Origin: Rhodospirillaceae bacterium
GTDB taxonomy: Bacteria > Pseudomonadota > Alphaproteobacteria > UBA6615
NCBI GenBank assembly: GCA_038132575.1
Contig: JAYPRP010000006.1
Location: 1-63,410, forward strand
Length of the DNA stretch: 63,410 bases
Direction of reading: 5' to 3'
Below the pieces are notes generated by a model, which was not told the origin of the DNA, searched no databases, and saw only the letters and a list, made by a program, of their open reading frames with translations. This document shows, in pieces, positions 31,740 through 40,348 of the stretch. The translations under genes and the position numbers were made by a program. Each line of letters opens with the position of its first letter. Position 1 is the first letter of the stretch.

Positions 31740-34055
31740 TCAGGCGTCGCGTGCGCGAATGTCGTCCACCGCCGCGAGGATCGCCTCGGGCGTCGCGGGC
31801 GCGTCGAGCTTCGGCAGGTGCCGGCGGCCGGCGATGCGCGAGACGGCGTCGCGGATCGCCAGCCAGACGGAAATAGCCAGCATCAGCGGCGGCTCCCCCA
31901 CGGCCTTGGACCGGAACACGGTCGGCACCAGGTTGGGCGCGTCCTCGAGAATGTGGACGTTGAATTCCGGCGGCACGTCGCGGCTGCCCGGAATCTTGTA
32001 GGTGGACGGTCCGTGGGTCAGCAGCTGTCCGCGGTCGTTCCAGACGAGCTCCTCCGAAGTCAGCCAGCCCTGCCCCTGGACGAACGCGCCCTCGATCTGG
32101 CCGAGGTCCACCGCGGGGTTCAGCGAGCTCCCGCAATCCTGGAGGATGTCGGCGCGTAGAACCCGGCTCTCGCCGGTCAACGTGTCGATCACGACCTCGG
32201 CGACCGAAGCGCCGTAAGTGAAATAGTAGAAGGGATTGCCGACGAGGGACTTGACGTCCCAGTGCAGGCCCGGCGTCGAATAGAAGCCGGCGGCCGAGAG
32301 CTGGATGCGCCGGTTGTAGGTCTCCTCCGCGAGTTCGCCGAAGGACAGACTCTCGTTCTCGGCATAGACGCGGTTCTGGCGGAACTCGATCCGGTCGGGC
32401 GCGGTGTCGAAGATTTCCGCCGCGACCTCGGTCATCCGCTCCTTGATCGTGGTCGCGGCGTTGAAGGCCGCCATGCCGTTCAGGTCCGAGCCGGCCGAAG
32501 CCGCCGTCGCCGAGGTGTTCGGCACCTTGTCCGTGCGGGTGGCGGAGATCTTCACATTGTCAAAGTCGATCTGGAACACCGACGCGACCACCTGGGCCAC
32601 CTTGGTGAAGAGCCCCTGACCCATCTCGGTGCCGCCATGGTTCAGGTGGACGCTGCCGTCGGCATAGACATGCACGAGCGCGCCGGCCTGGTTGAGCTTG
32701 GGGGTGTTGAACGAGATGCCGAACTTGACCGGCATAAGCGCGAGCCCCTTCTTCAGGGTCTCGTGGGACGCGTTGAAGGCGTCGATCGCCGCCGAGGTCG
32801 CATCGAAATCGGCCTCCTTGCGTAGCCGGTGGGTGAGCTCAACGATGATATTGTCCTTCACCGTCTGCTGGTAGGGCGTCACGTTACGATCCTCTGTGCC
32901 GTAGTAATTGACCGCCCGGATGTCATCGAGTGACATGCCGAGTTCGTGGGCGATGTGTTCGAGCATCGCCTCGATAACAATCATGCCCTGGGGACCGCCG
33001 AAGCCGCGGAAGGCCGTGTTCGAGACCGTGTTGGTCTTGCACGGATAGCCGCGGATGATGGCGTTCGGCAGGTGGTAGCAGTTATCCGTGTGGCAGAGCG
33101 CGCGGGCCAGAACGCCGGGGCTCAGATCGGCAACATTGCCGGAACGCATACCCAACAGGATATCGACGCCCGCGATCCGGCCCGTCTCGTCGAAGCCGGC
33201 CGTGTAGCGGAACAGGAAGTCGTGGCGCTTGCCAGTCACGATCATGTCGTCGTCGCGCCGCAGCCGTAGCTTCGCGGGGCGGCCGGTCATGTCCGCCATT
33301 AGCGCCGCGATGGCGGCGATGATCGTTGGCTGGCTCTCCTTGCCGCCAAAGCCACCGCCCATGCGCCGCACCTCGACGGTCACCGCGTTAGACGGAACCC
33401 CGAGCGTGTGCGCAACCCCGTGCTGCACCTCGCTGGGATGCTGGGTCGAGCTGTAAACATCGAGATCGCCATCGTCGCGCGGGACGGCGAGCGCGATGTT
33501 GCTCTCGAGATAGAAATGGTCCTGCCCGCCGCAGCGAAGCTCGCCCTCGATCCGGTGCGCGGCACCGGCGATCGCCGTCGCCGGATCGCCATGGGTCATG
33601 ATCTGGGGCGGATAGGTGTACTGCTCGCGTTCGAGCGCATCCTCGATATCGAGGACCGGTACCAGCTCCTCGTATTCGACCTTCACCGCCGCGGCGGCGG
33701 CGCGGGCCTGGTCATAGGTGTCGGCTGCGACGGCCGCCACGGGCGCTCCCGCATATTCCGCGACCCCTTCGGCCAGCACCGGCTCGTTCTCGAAGATCGG
33801 ACCAATGTCGTTGTGGCCGGGGATATCGGCGGCCATCGCGATGCCGCGCACGCCGTCCATCGCGCGCGCCGCGCGCGCATCGATCGACACGATCCGCGCA
33901 TGGGCGTGGGGACAGGTCACAAGCACGATCTCCTGGGTGCCCGGCAGGAGCGGCATGTCGTCGATGTAGCGCGCGGCCCCCGTCACATGGCCGCGGGCGC
34001 TGTCGTGGCGGACGCTTGAATGAACCGCACCCCTGATGTCGCCGTCGGCGTTCAT
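31740..34055 (-). CDS. xdhB: xanthine dehydrogenase molybdopterin-binding subunit
   Basis: GGQDHFYLE, RRMGGGFGGKE, AFRGFGGPQG, GTEMGQGL, SKAVGEPP. Confidence 0.95.
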   Translation of the reverse strand: MNADGDIRGAVHSSVRHDSARGHVTGAARYIDDMPLLPGTQEIVLVTCPHAHARIVSIDARAARAMDGVRGIAMAADIPGHNDIGPIFENEPVLAEGVAEYAGAPVAAVAADTYDQARAAAAAVKVEYEELVPVLDIEDALEREQYTYPPQIMTHGDPATAIAGAAHRIEGELRCGGQDHFYLESNIALAVPRDDGDLDVYSSTQHPSEVQHGVAHTLGVPSNAVTVEVRRMGGGFGGKESQPTIIAAIAALMADMTGRPAKLRLRRDDDMIVTGKRHDFLFRYTAGFDETGRIAGVDILLGMRSGNVADLSPGVLARALCHTDNCYHLPNAIIRGYPCKTNTVSNTAFRGFGGPQGMIVIEAMLEHIAHELGMSLDDIRAVNYYGTEDRNVTPYQQTVKDNIIVELTHRLRKEADFDATSAAIDAFNASHETLKKGLALMPVKFGISFNTPKLNQAGALVHVYADGSVHLNHGGTEMGQGLFTKVAQVVASVFQIDFDNVKISATRTDKVPNTSATAASAGSDLNGMAAFNAATTIKERMTEVAAEIFDTAPDRIEFRQNRVYAENESLSFGELAEETYNRRIQLSAAGFYSTPGLHWDVKSLVGNPFYYFTYGASVAEVVIDTLTGESRVLRADILQDCGSSLNPAVDLGQIEGAFVQGQGWLTSEELVWNDRGQLLTHGPSTYKIPGSRDVPPEFNVHILEDAPNLVPTVFRSKAVGEPPLMLAISVWLAIRDAVSRIAGRRHLPKLDAPATPEAILAAVDDIRARDA

Positions 34056-35458
34056 AGCGCGGTCACCTCGATGTCGTCGGCGCCCTCGAGATCGCGATGG
34101 AGGCGCACGAACAGATTTGCGGCGACGCGCAAACGATAATTCGCGGTCGCACGGTGATCGTCGATTGGCTGGAAGTCCTGCCCGACCGCCGCGCCGGCGC
34201 GCCGCGCGGTCTCCTCGTCCCAGGGCTGGCCGACTAGCGCGGCCTCGCACGCTGGTGCCCGCTTCGGCGTCGCGGCCATGCCGCCGAACGCGATCCGGGC
34301 CTCTGCCACGGTGCCGTCCTCGATGGTAAGGCGGAACGCGCCAACCACGGCGGAGATGTCCTGGTCGTAGCGCTTGGAAACCTTATAGGTCCGGAAGACC
34401 TGGTCCGCGCCGAGCTTTGGCACCGAGATGCGCGCGATCACCTCGTCCGGTGCCAGGTCGGTCTTGCGGTAATCGAGGAAGAAGGATTCGAGCGGGATGT
34501 CCCGTGCACCCTTCGGTCCGTGCAAGGTCAGCATCGCGTCGAGCGCGATCAGGCAGGGCGGCGTGTCGCCGATCGGCGAGGCGTTGCCGATATTCCCGCC
34601 GAACGTGCCGACGTTGCGGATCTGGCGCGAGCCGATCCGGTGGATGAGGGCGGCGAAGGACGGAAACAGTTCCTCTATCCAGTCCATGGCCTCGGTGTAG
34701 GTCACTGCGGCACCGAGCGAAATCTGCGTGTCGTCTTCTTCGACCCGCTTCAGTTCAGCCACGTTCTGCGTGTGGATCGTGACCGGGAAGGCCTTCCGGT
34801 CCTTGCTGAAACTGAGCCCCAGATCCGTCCCGCCGGAGAGAAGAGGTGCATCGGGGTGCGCCGCGCGCGCGGTGACGAGCGCGTCCAGGGTCGTCGGCGC
34901 GAGAAACGTCTGATCGGACGCCTCGTAGATTTCGCCCGCCGCCGGCGCGGTGTTCGCCAGTATGGCTGATGGTTCAACGGGCTGCGACGTCGCCGCATGC
35001 GCGGCGGCCACGATCGACCTGTATCCAGTGCAGCGGCAGAGGTTCCCGGCCAGGGCATCGTGGATCACCTCGTCGGTTACGATCTCGCCGCTATGACGCA
35101 ACGCATGTAGTGCAATCACGAAACCGGGGGTGCAGAACCCGCACTGAGTTCCGTCCTCGGAGACTATCGCCGATTGTACGGCTTCGAGCTCACCGCGCTT
35201 TTCCGACAATCCCTCGACGGTCGCGACCCGCGCGCCGTCGAGCTGGCCGACGGTAAACAGGCATGAGTTAACAGCCTCGACCCGGCCCGAGCCGTTGCGG
35301 ACCATAACGATCGAACAGGCGCCGCAGTCTCCCTCCGCGCAGCCCTCTTTCGTCCCGGTGAGCCCACAATCCTCACGCAGATACTCGAGAACAGTGCGCG
35401 TCGGAGATACCGAGTCCTCCGTTCGCGCCTCACCGTTCAAGATGAAATTGATCCCCAC
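34052..35458 (-). CDS. xdhA: xanthine dehydrogenase small (2Fe-2S/FAD) subunit
   Basis: GTKEGCAEGDCGAC, QCGFCTPG, GNLCRCTGY, GGTD, KVSKRYDQDIS. Start placed at GTG 35458. Confidence 0.95.
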   Translation of the reverse strand: MGINFILNGEARTEDSVSPTRTVLEYLREDCGLTGTKEGCAEGDCGACSIVMVRNGSGRVEAVNSCLFTVGQLDGARVATVEGLSEKRGELEAVQSAIVSEDGTQCGFCTPGFVIALHALRHSGEIVTDEVIHDALAGNLCRCTGYRSIVAAAHAATSQPVEPSAILANTAPAAGEIYEASDQTFLAPTTLDALVTARAAHPDAPLLSGGTDLGLSFSKDRKAFPVTIHTQNVAELKRVEEDDTQISLGAAVTYTEAMDWIEELFPSFAALIHRIGSRQIRNVGTFGGNIGNASPIGDTPPCLIALDAMLTLHGPKGARDIPLESFFLDYRKTDLAPDEVIARISVPKLGADQVFRTYKVSKRYDQDISAVVGAFRLTIEDGTVAEARIAFGGMAATPKRAPACEAALVGQPWDEETARRAGAAVGQDFQPIDDHRATANYRLRVAANLFVRLHRDLEGADDIEVTAL

Positions 35459-35606
35459 GCGTCGCTCCAAGCCCTGACATCCACGCACCCCGTGCGCGGA
35501 CCAAACATCCTAGAATATCGCGCCGGCCAAGCGTTGACGAGCACCCCTAAACGCGACCGTCGACGCGTGATACAATTGCAACAAGCCGACAAGAGATCGA
35601 CCGAGA

Positions 35607-36077
35607 ATGGACCACGAGAAATTCATGCGGGCCGCCGCCGCGTTGGCCGAAAAAAACGTTGCCGACGGCACCGGCGGCCCCTTCGGCGCTGTCATCGTGC
35701 ACGATGGCGAGATCGTCGGCGAGGGCACGAACCAGGTCACGAGCAGCAACGACCCAACGGCCCATGCCGAGGTCGTCGCCATTCGCGAGGCGTGCGCGAA
35801 GCTGGAGACCTTCAACCTCGATGGCTGCGTGATTTACACGAGCTGCGAGCCCTGCCCCATGTGCCTGAGCGCGATCTACTGGGCCCGCCTCGACCACATC
35901 TTCTACGGCAACACCAAGGCCGACGCGGCGGCGATCGATTTCGACGACGACTTTCTCTACACCGAGATTCCAAAGCCCATCGACCAGCGTGCGATCCCGA
36001 CGACCCAACTCCTCCGCGAGGAGACCATCAAGTCGTTCGAGGCGTGGGTCGTGTCGGAGACCAAGATTCCGTACTAG
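35607..36077 (+). CDS. guanine deaminase, cytidine-deaminase-fold type
   Basis: GGPFGA, HAE and CEPCPMC zinc motifs, FDD.F.Y. Divergent from xdhAB. Confidence 0.88.
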   Translation: MDHEKFMRAAAALAEKNVADGTGGPFGAVIVHDGEIVGEGTNQVTSSNDPTAHAEVVAIREACAKLETFNLDGCVIYTSCEPCPMCLSAIYWARLDHIFYGNTKADAAAIDFDDDFLYTEIPKPIDQRAIPTTQLLREETIKSFEAWVVSETKIPY

Positions 36078-36393
36078 CGGAAGCATAGGTGTCGAGATTG
36101 ACCGGCGGGTGGACGCTCTTCCGGACGAACTCCCGAAGCTCTTCCTCGTTCCAGAACCCGATCTGGATGCCCGGCGGCTCGCCCCCGGCGGCCATGCCGT
36201 CGTTCCGTTTCGGCTGCCCGGCCCGGATCGTCCCTTCGGCTAAGTCACCCACGAGGTGCGCCAGACCCCGGCGCTGCGTGCCTTTCGGGAAGGGCTCGCC
36301 GTGGACATCCGCAAGGCGACCGCCCGCGCACGAAAAATCTGCGAGACGGTGTTCGCTGGGCTCCCCACCGCGGCCTAGGCGCTTACGTTCGAG

Positions 36394-37602
36394 CTACTCC
36401 CACCAGTGGAGCGCGTCCTGGCCCTCGCCCTGGGTGCCGTTTGGGCCGCCGCCACCGGTCCGCAGGTACATCTTGCGGTCATGGCCGGCGCCGTACTTGC
36501 CGGCGAGCGCATCGACCAGCCAGTCGTGGCACATCATGTGATGGTCGTGGCGCGCCTGGGTTTCCCCGAACATGCGGGCCTGGTGATAGGTGTCCTCGTA
36601 GACCCAGAGTTCCTTGGGCGCGTTGATCTTATCGTAGAAGTCATAGACCAGCTCGACCGGGCTGCGGGAATCATACTCGCCGACGGTCATGAGGACCGGG
36701 CACTTGATGTCCGCCTCGCGTCCCTCGACGGTCATCTGCGAGACCCACTCGTCAAGTTCCTCCTCGCTCGATGCACCCATAAGGTAGCCGAAGAGCTGCT
36801 TGTAGCGGGGCGAGAAGGTATCCAGGATGAAATACTTGTCGAGGGCGGAGGTCCACGGGGCTGCGACCGCCTTGATCAGCGGATGGCCCGAGGCCGCGAC
36901 CTCGAGACCCCAGTGCGCGCCCATCGAGAGCGCGTAGACCACGATCTTCTCGGCATCCACCTCTTCGCGCTCGACCATGTGCTCGGCGATCGCCAGCACC
37001 GCGCGCTCGTAGTTGGTCGGGGTCAGCTTGAGCCCGCGTAGGTTCGACATGCCCTGCCCCGGGCCGTCGATGACCAGCATGTGCATTCCGCGCAGATGCG
37101 CTTGCATTATACGCGGGTCGGGATAGTTCTCCTTGGTCATGTCGCAGCCCGGGATGAAGATCACCAGCGGCGCGTTGGGCTTACCCGGCAGCATGTGGAA
37201 ATTGCACTGGAGCTCGCCCCCCTCGAACGGCACCTCGAGCCGCTCGATCGGATAAGGCGCGTGCTCGATCACCTTCTCGTAGTTAGCGATGCAGCGGCCG
37301 TGCAGGTAGCGCTTCTCGTCATTGGTCTCGAGCACCGGATGCTGGGCGAGCGCGAAGGTCGAGGAGGCCCGGTAGTAGAGCTCGAACGCCGTCGCTGAAT
37401 GCCCGGCTGCTTCCTCCTCCGCGGCGACCCGCTCGAGGCGCTGGCCGATGCGGCCGAGATGCTTTGAGATCTGGGCATGGCTCTTGACGGACTTGGGCAG
37501 CGGGCGACCCTCCTCGTCCCAGTGGAAGACCTTTCCGGTCTCCTGGACGAGATAGTCGAAAATCCACTGCTGGCGATCGCGGTCGAGGCGTGGCGTGCGC
37601 AT
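36394..37602 (-). CDS. FrsA/DHPON-like alpha/beta hydrolase
   Basis: PGCDMTKE, DGPGQG, nucleophile elbow ALSMG, GEYD, YH. GGGGGA RBS. Confidence 0.85.
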   Translation of the reverse strand: MRTPRLDRDRQQWIFDYLVQETGKVFHWDEEGRPLPKSVKSHAQISKHLGRIGQRLERVAAEEEAAGHSATAFELYYRASSTFALAQHPVLETNDEKRYLHGRCIANYEKVIEHAPYPIERLEVPFEGGELQCNFHMLPGKPNAPLVIFIPGCDMTKENYPDPRIMQAHLRGMHMLVIDGPGQGMSNLRGLKLTPTNYERAVLAIAEHMVEREEVDAEKIVVYALSMGAHWGLEVAASGHPLIKAVAAPWTSALDKYFILDTFSPRYKQLFGYLMGASSEEELDEWVSQMTVEGREADIKCPVLMTVGEYDSRSPVELVYDFYDKINAPKELWVYEDTYHQARMFGETQARHDHHMMCHDWLVDALAGKYGAGHDRKMYLRTGGGGPNGTQGEGQDALHWWE

Positions 37603-37788
37603 GGTCGGTGTTCCCCCAAAAGCTATGTCGAATTGTTGTTCACGCAAACTATTTCCGGGAACGGCGGGTGTCGACTCCCACGCGAAAATAAGCGCCGCCT
37701 CTGCCGTTTAGCCACCGTCAGGCCGCGAACGATGCCCTCGCGGATTCCGAGGGTATTCTTGCTCAGAAATCAATCAGTTCTCCGGTCT

Positions 37789-37989
37789 TCAGAGAAACTT
37801 ATGGGTATGACCACCGCACTGACCGCATTTGAACTTCTATTCGACGTAGTTCCCATCAGGTTTCCCTGCGTCCAACCATTCTTGGGGAATGATCTCTCCC
37901 TACCGTTTGCACTCGAGACATTGGGTTCCATGGCTCATCTTGGATTCTGCGAGGTCGGAAATCGTTGAAACGGTGATGGGGTTCTTCAT
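37789..37989 (-). pseudogene. small Zn-ribbon (CxxC...CxxC) protein with two internal TAG stops
   Basis: MKNPITVSTISDLAESKMSHGTQCLECKR*GEIIPQEWLDAGKPDGNYVE*KFKCGQCGGHTHKFL*. Confidence 0.6.
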
Positions 37990-38043
37990 GATATTCATAA
38001 TAAATGACTATCAAAGGTGGAGCAGACTCATGATTTCAGTGAT

Positions 38044-38337
38044 TTAACGCTCGAAAACAACTGGACCTGATACTGGATCTGTAACACCGAGTTCGGGAGA
38101 AATTTCCTCGAGTAAATCGCGAACAGAATCGAGAGACCCTATCAACCGGGGCCTTGCATCTATGAGATGTTGTTCGCTTTCAAAAATAGCAACAAATGCA
38201 AATGTCCTCTCGCCAGTTTTGACGATGTAAGAGGTTGTAACTTCTGGCACATGGAAGTTTGCAACGTGACGTGCAACGAATTCGTCAACCGAACCTTCTT
38301 TCACGAGAAACCTGACCGTGCTGATGTATTTCGACAT
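38044..38337 (-). CDS. small dimeric alpha/beta-barrel-like hypothetical protein
   Basis: 97 aa with a GAGGA RBS. Pattern VRFLVKEG.VDEF...KTGER...ISPELGVTDPVSGPV resembles ABM-like proteins. Confidence 0.7.
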   Translation of the reverse strand: MSKYISTVRFLVKEGSVDEFVARHVANFHVPEVTTSYIVKTGERTFAFVAIFESEQHLIDARPRLIGSLDSVRDLLEEISPELGVTDPVSGPVVFER

Positions 38338-38386
38338 AGTGCGTCCTCATAAAGAGATTAATCCATTTACTCTGAGCGCTAAGCGC

Positions 38387-38494
38387 GGAAGTAATTTCAC
38401 CGAAGATTTCAAACGGGATGCTGTGGCGCAGATCACCGAGCGGGGCTATCCGGTTTCGGAGGTGTCGAAGCGCCCGGAAGTGAGTCCGCATTCG
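38387..38494 (+). mobile_element. IS3-family orfA remnant
   Basis: GSNFTEDFKRDAVAQITERGYPVSEVSKRPEVSPHS is the HTH start of an IS3 transposase. Start codon and left IR not seen. Confidence 0.8.
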
Positions 38495-39692
38495 CGTTTG
38501 AGTGCCGGGCCAGCCTGACCGACACCATCATCATTCCGAGTGCTGCGGCAGCTACAGTAACTGGTGCCGACAAGAACTCAATGGCGAATCCCCAGATTAG
38601 AATCCCGACAGGCAAAGTTAGAGTAATAACAAGGGCTAACGCGGCTACGCCGGAGATTTCATCACCTTCTGGATCTGATTTTGCTCCTGCTCCGGTCAGC
38701 AACGACCTTGCGGTGAAGCGACTTGCGCCGAGTACAAAACCGATTAGTGTCCAAATCATAAGATCAAAACCCGAGACTGGAAGCACTGTGCTAATGGCAA
38801 AAATAAGCGCTAGTCCAGACCCTAGGATCGTTGCCCATATTGCCCCTCGAAAATCTGAGTTCGAGCGGAGAAGCCTTTTGATGAAAACGGGAACGAACAT
38901 TCTGCCCGCAGCGATACCAGCAATCATCAAGCCAGCGCCCGAAGGAAGGGGTGAGTGCTTGAGATCATTAAGTATTGGTACCACCATGTTAAATAAAGGA
39001 ACAATTAAGATATTCCACAATGCCGTGAGCAAAGCGAGTTGACGTAAGCGAGGATCGGACCAGAGAGCGACTAAGAGAACCCTAGCAGATCGAACAGAGG
39101 ATTTCGTAACCTCGTCAGCCGCGCAAGGCTGACGCACTATTAGAAAGATCGCTAACGGTATCGTCAGAACGGCATTTGCAAAAATGCCTACACCCGGGTC
39201 GGTTTCATGGATGAGGAATCCACCCAACGATGCACCGAGCATAGCTGCCACACCAGCCACAGCTCCGCGTCGAGCTACGGCATCCGTGATATTCGACTGG
39301 TAAAGATATGAGCGGGCTATGAAAGGTGTTAAAACTGCTGTGATGCCCGTGAAAAGACCGAAAATAGGCGCGGCCAGCCATAAGACGACGATACTTGCGT
39401 CCGTGAAGCTCTCTACGATTCCTACGGATGCCCACGAGGCGACAACGCCAAATTGGGCGATGGTAAAGACCTTGATTCGTCCCCAACGAGCAGTAATTCG
39501 ATGAACTCGCGCCGAAGTAATTCCTGAGAATAAAATCAGTAGTCCCAGGAATACGCCGGTCTCAATACCGCCACTCCCCGTTGAGGCGTATGTTACTGCC
39601 GAAGTTGCACCGAGTTGGCCAATTATGGTGCCAGCAACGGCCACTCCTCCTACGATAAGAAAACCGATCCCAGACCATTTTGATGCGCGCAT
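38433..39692 (-). CDS. MFS-type transporter
   Basis: About 420 aa with roughly 12 hydrophobic segments and a motif-A-like stretch (RITARWGRIK). Atypical codon usage. The stop lies within the antisense IS3 remnant. Confidence 0.7.
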   Translation of the reverse strand: MRASKWSGIGFLIVGGVAVAGTIIGQLGATSAVTYASTGSGGIETGVFLGLLILFSGITSARVHRITARWGRIKVFTIAQFGVVASWASVGIVESFTDASIVVLWLAAPIFGLFTGITAVLTPFIARSYLYQSNITDAVARRGAVAGVAAMLGASLGGFLIHETDPGVGIFANAVLTIPLAIFLIVRQPCAADEVTKSSVRSARVLLVALWSDPRLRQLALLTALWNILIVPLFNMVVPILNDLKHSPLPSGAGLMIAGIAAGRMFVPVFIKRLLRSNSDFRGAIWATILGSGLALIFAISTVLPVSGFDLMIWTLIGFVLGASRFTARSLLTGAGAKSDPEGDEISGVAALALVITLTLPVGILIWGFAIEFLSAPVTVAAAALGMMMVSVRLARHSNANADSLPGASTPPKPDSPAR

Positions 39693-39728
39693 ATTAGTGT
39701 TCCGTAGGGTCAATATTTTAAATTCTGA

Positions 39729-39904
39729 ATAGGCGAAGGAACTGCACGACGCAAGACGAGGCCAGGTAGGACGTGTTCGACTACATCGAGATGTTCTACA
39801 ATCCGAAACGCAAGCACACGACGAACGGGATGCTGTCCCCCATCGAGTACGAAAGACAGCAGAGCACGAGAACCGAGGGCGTCTAGAAAACTCGGGGCGG
39901 TTCA
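39729..39904 (+). mobile_element. IS3-family orfB C-terminal remnant with right inverted repeat
   Basis: RRRNCTTQDEAR*DVFDYIEMFYNPKRKHTTNGMLSPIEYERQQ...GV*, then GTCTAGAAAACTCGGGGCGGTTCA ending in the IS3-type terminal CA. Confidence 0.88.
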
Positions 39905-40154
39905 GGGGCAGCCATTGTATGACGGGCATCCCATCACAAAAATCAAAGATGAGCGTGAGAGGGCATACAACCTCTTTTAAAAAATCCCGATCCCCCTCCG
40001 GTATGGAGCCAGAAGGTAGATCAGATCAGAGGTAATTTAGGGGGTTTGAGGCGTCACACATTTTGTCTCACAAAATGTGCAAAATTGGTCAAAATGGCGA
40101 TGGTTAAGAAATCCAAGCCACTGAAATCAAATGAAAATTTGATAGGAAATTTTA

Positions 40155-40230
40155 TGGCGTCCCCAACGGGGTTCGAACCCGTGTCTCCACCTTGAAAGGG
40201 TGGTGTCCTAGGCCTCTAGACGATGGGGAC
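40155..40230 (-). tRNA. tRNA-Glu (TTC)
   Basis: GTCCCCATCGTCTAGAGGCCTAGGACA CCACC-CTTTCAA-GGTGG...GGTTCGAACC...GGGGACGCCA, 76 nt. Confidence 0.97.
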
Positions 40231-40348
40231 GCTGGGGCCGATATTCCGAGCGATCGAAATACCCACTGGGCGCGGTGAAATCAAGCCCGCGTAACGCCAA
40301 TCGGCGGATTCGGATACGACCATCTGAATGTTTCGAGCGCGCCGGCCG

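Larger units (their letters stand above)
37740..40154. mobile_element. decayed low-GC genomic islet at the 3' end of tRNA-Glu
   Basis: Visible drop in GC content, IS3 remnants and pseudogenes, abutting the tRNA CCA end. No integrase or tRNA-end direct repeat seen. Left boundary approximate. Confidence 0.7.

Noticed and set aside
36074-36393. Possible gene fragment on the minus strand (PGIQIGFWNEEELREFVRKSVHPPVNLDTY)
   Set aside because: Protein-like, but with no clear start, an overlap with the deaminase end, and no family I can recognise.
37600-38050. attR direct repeat of the tRNA-Glu 3' end
   Set aside because: No copy of TGGCGTCCCCAACGGGGTTCGAACC was found by eye at the far side of the islet.
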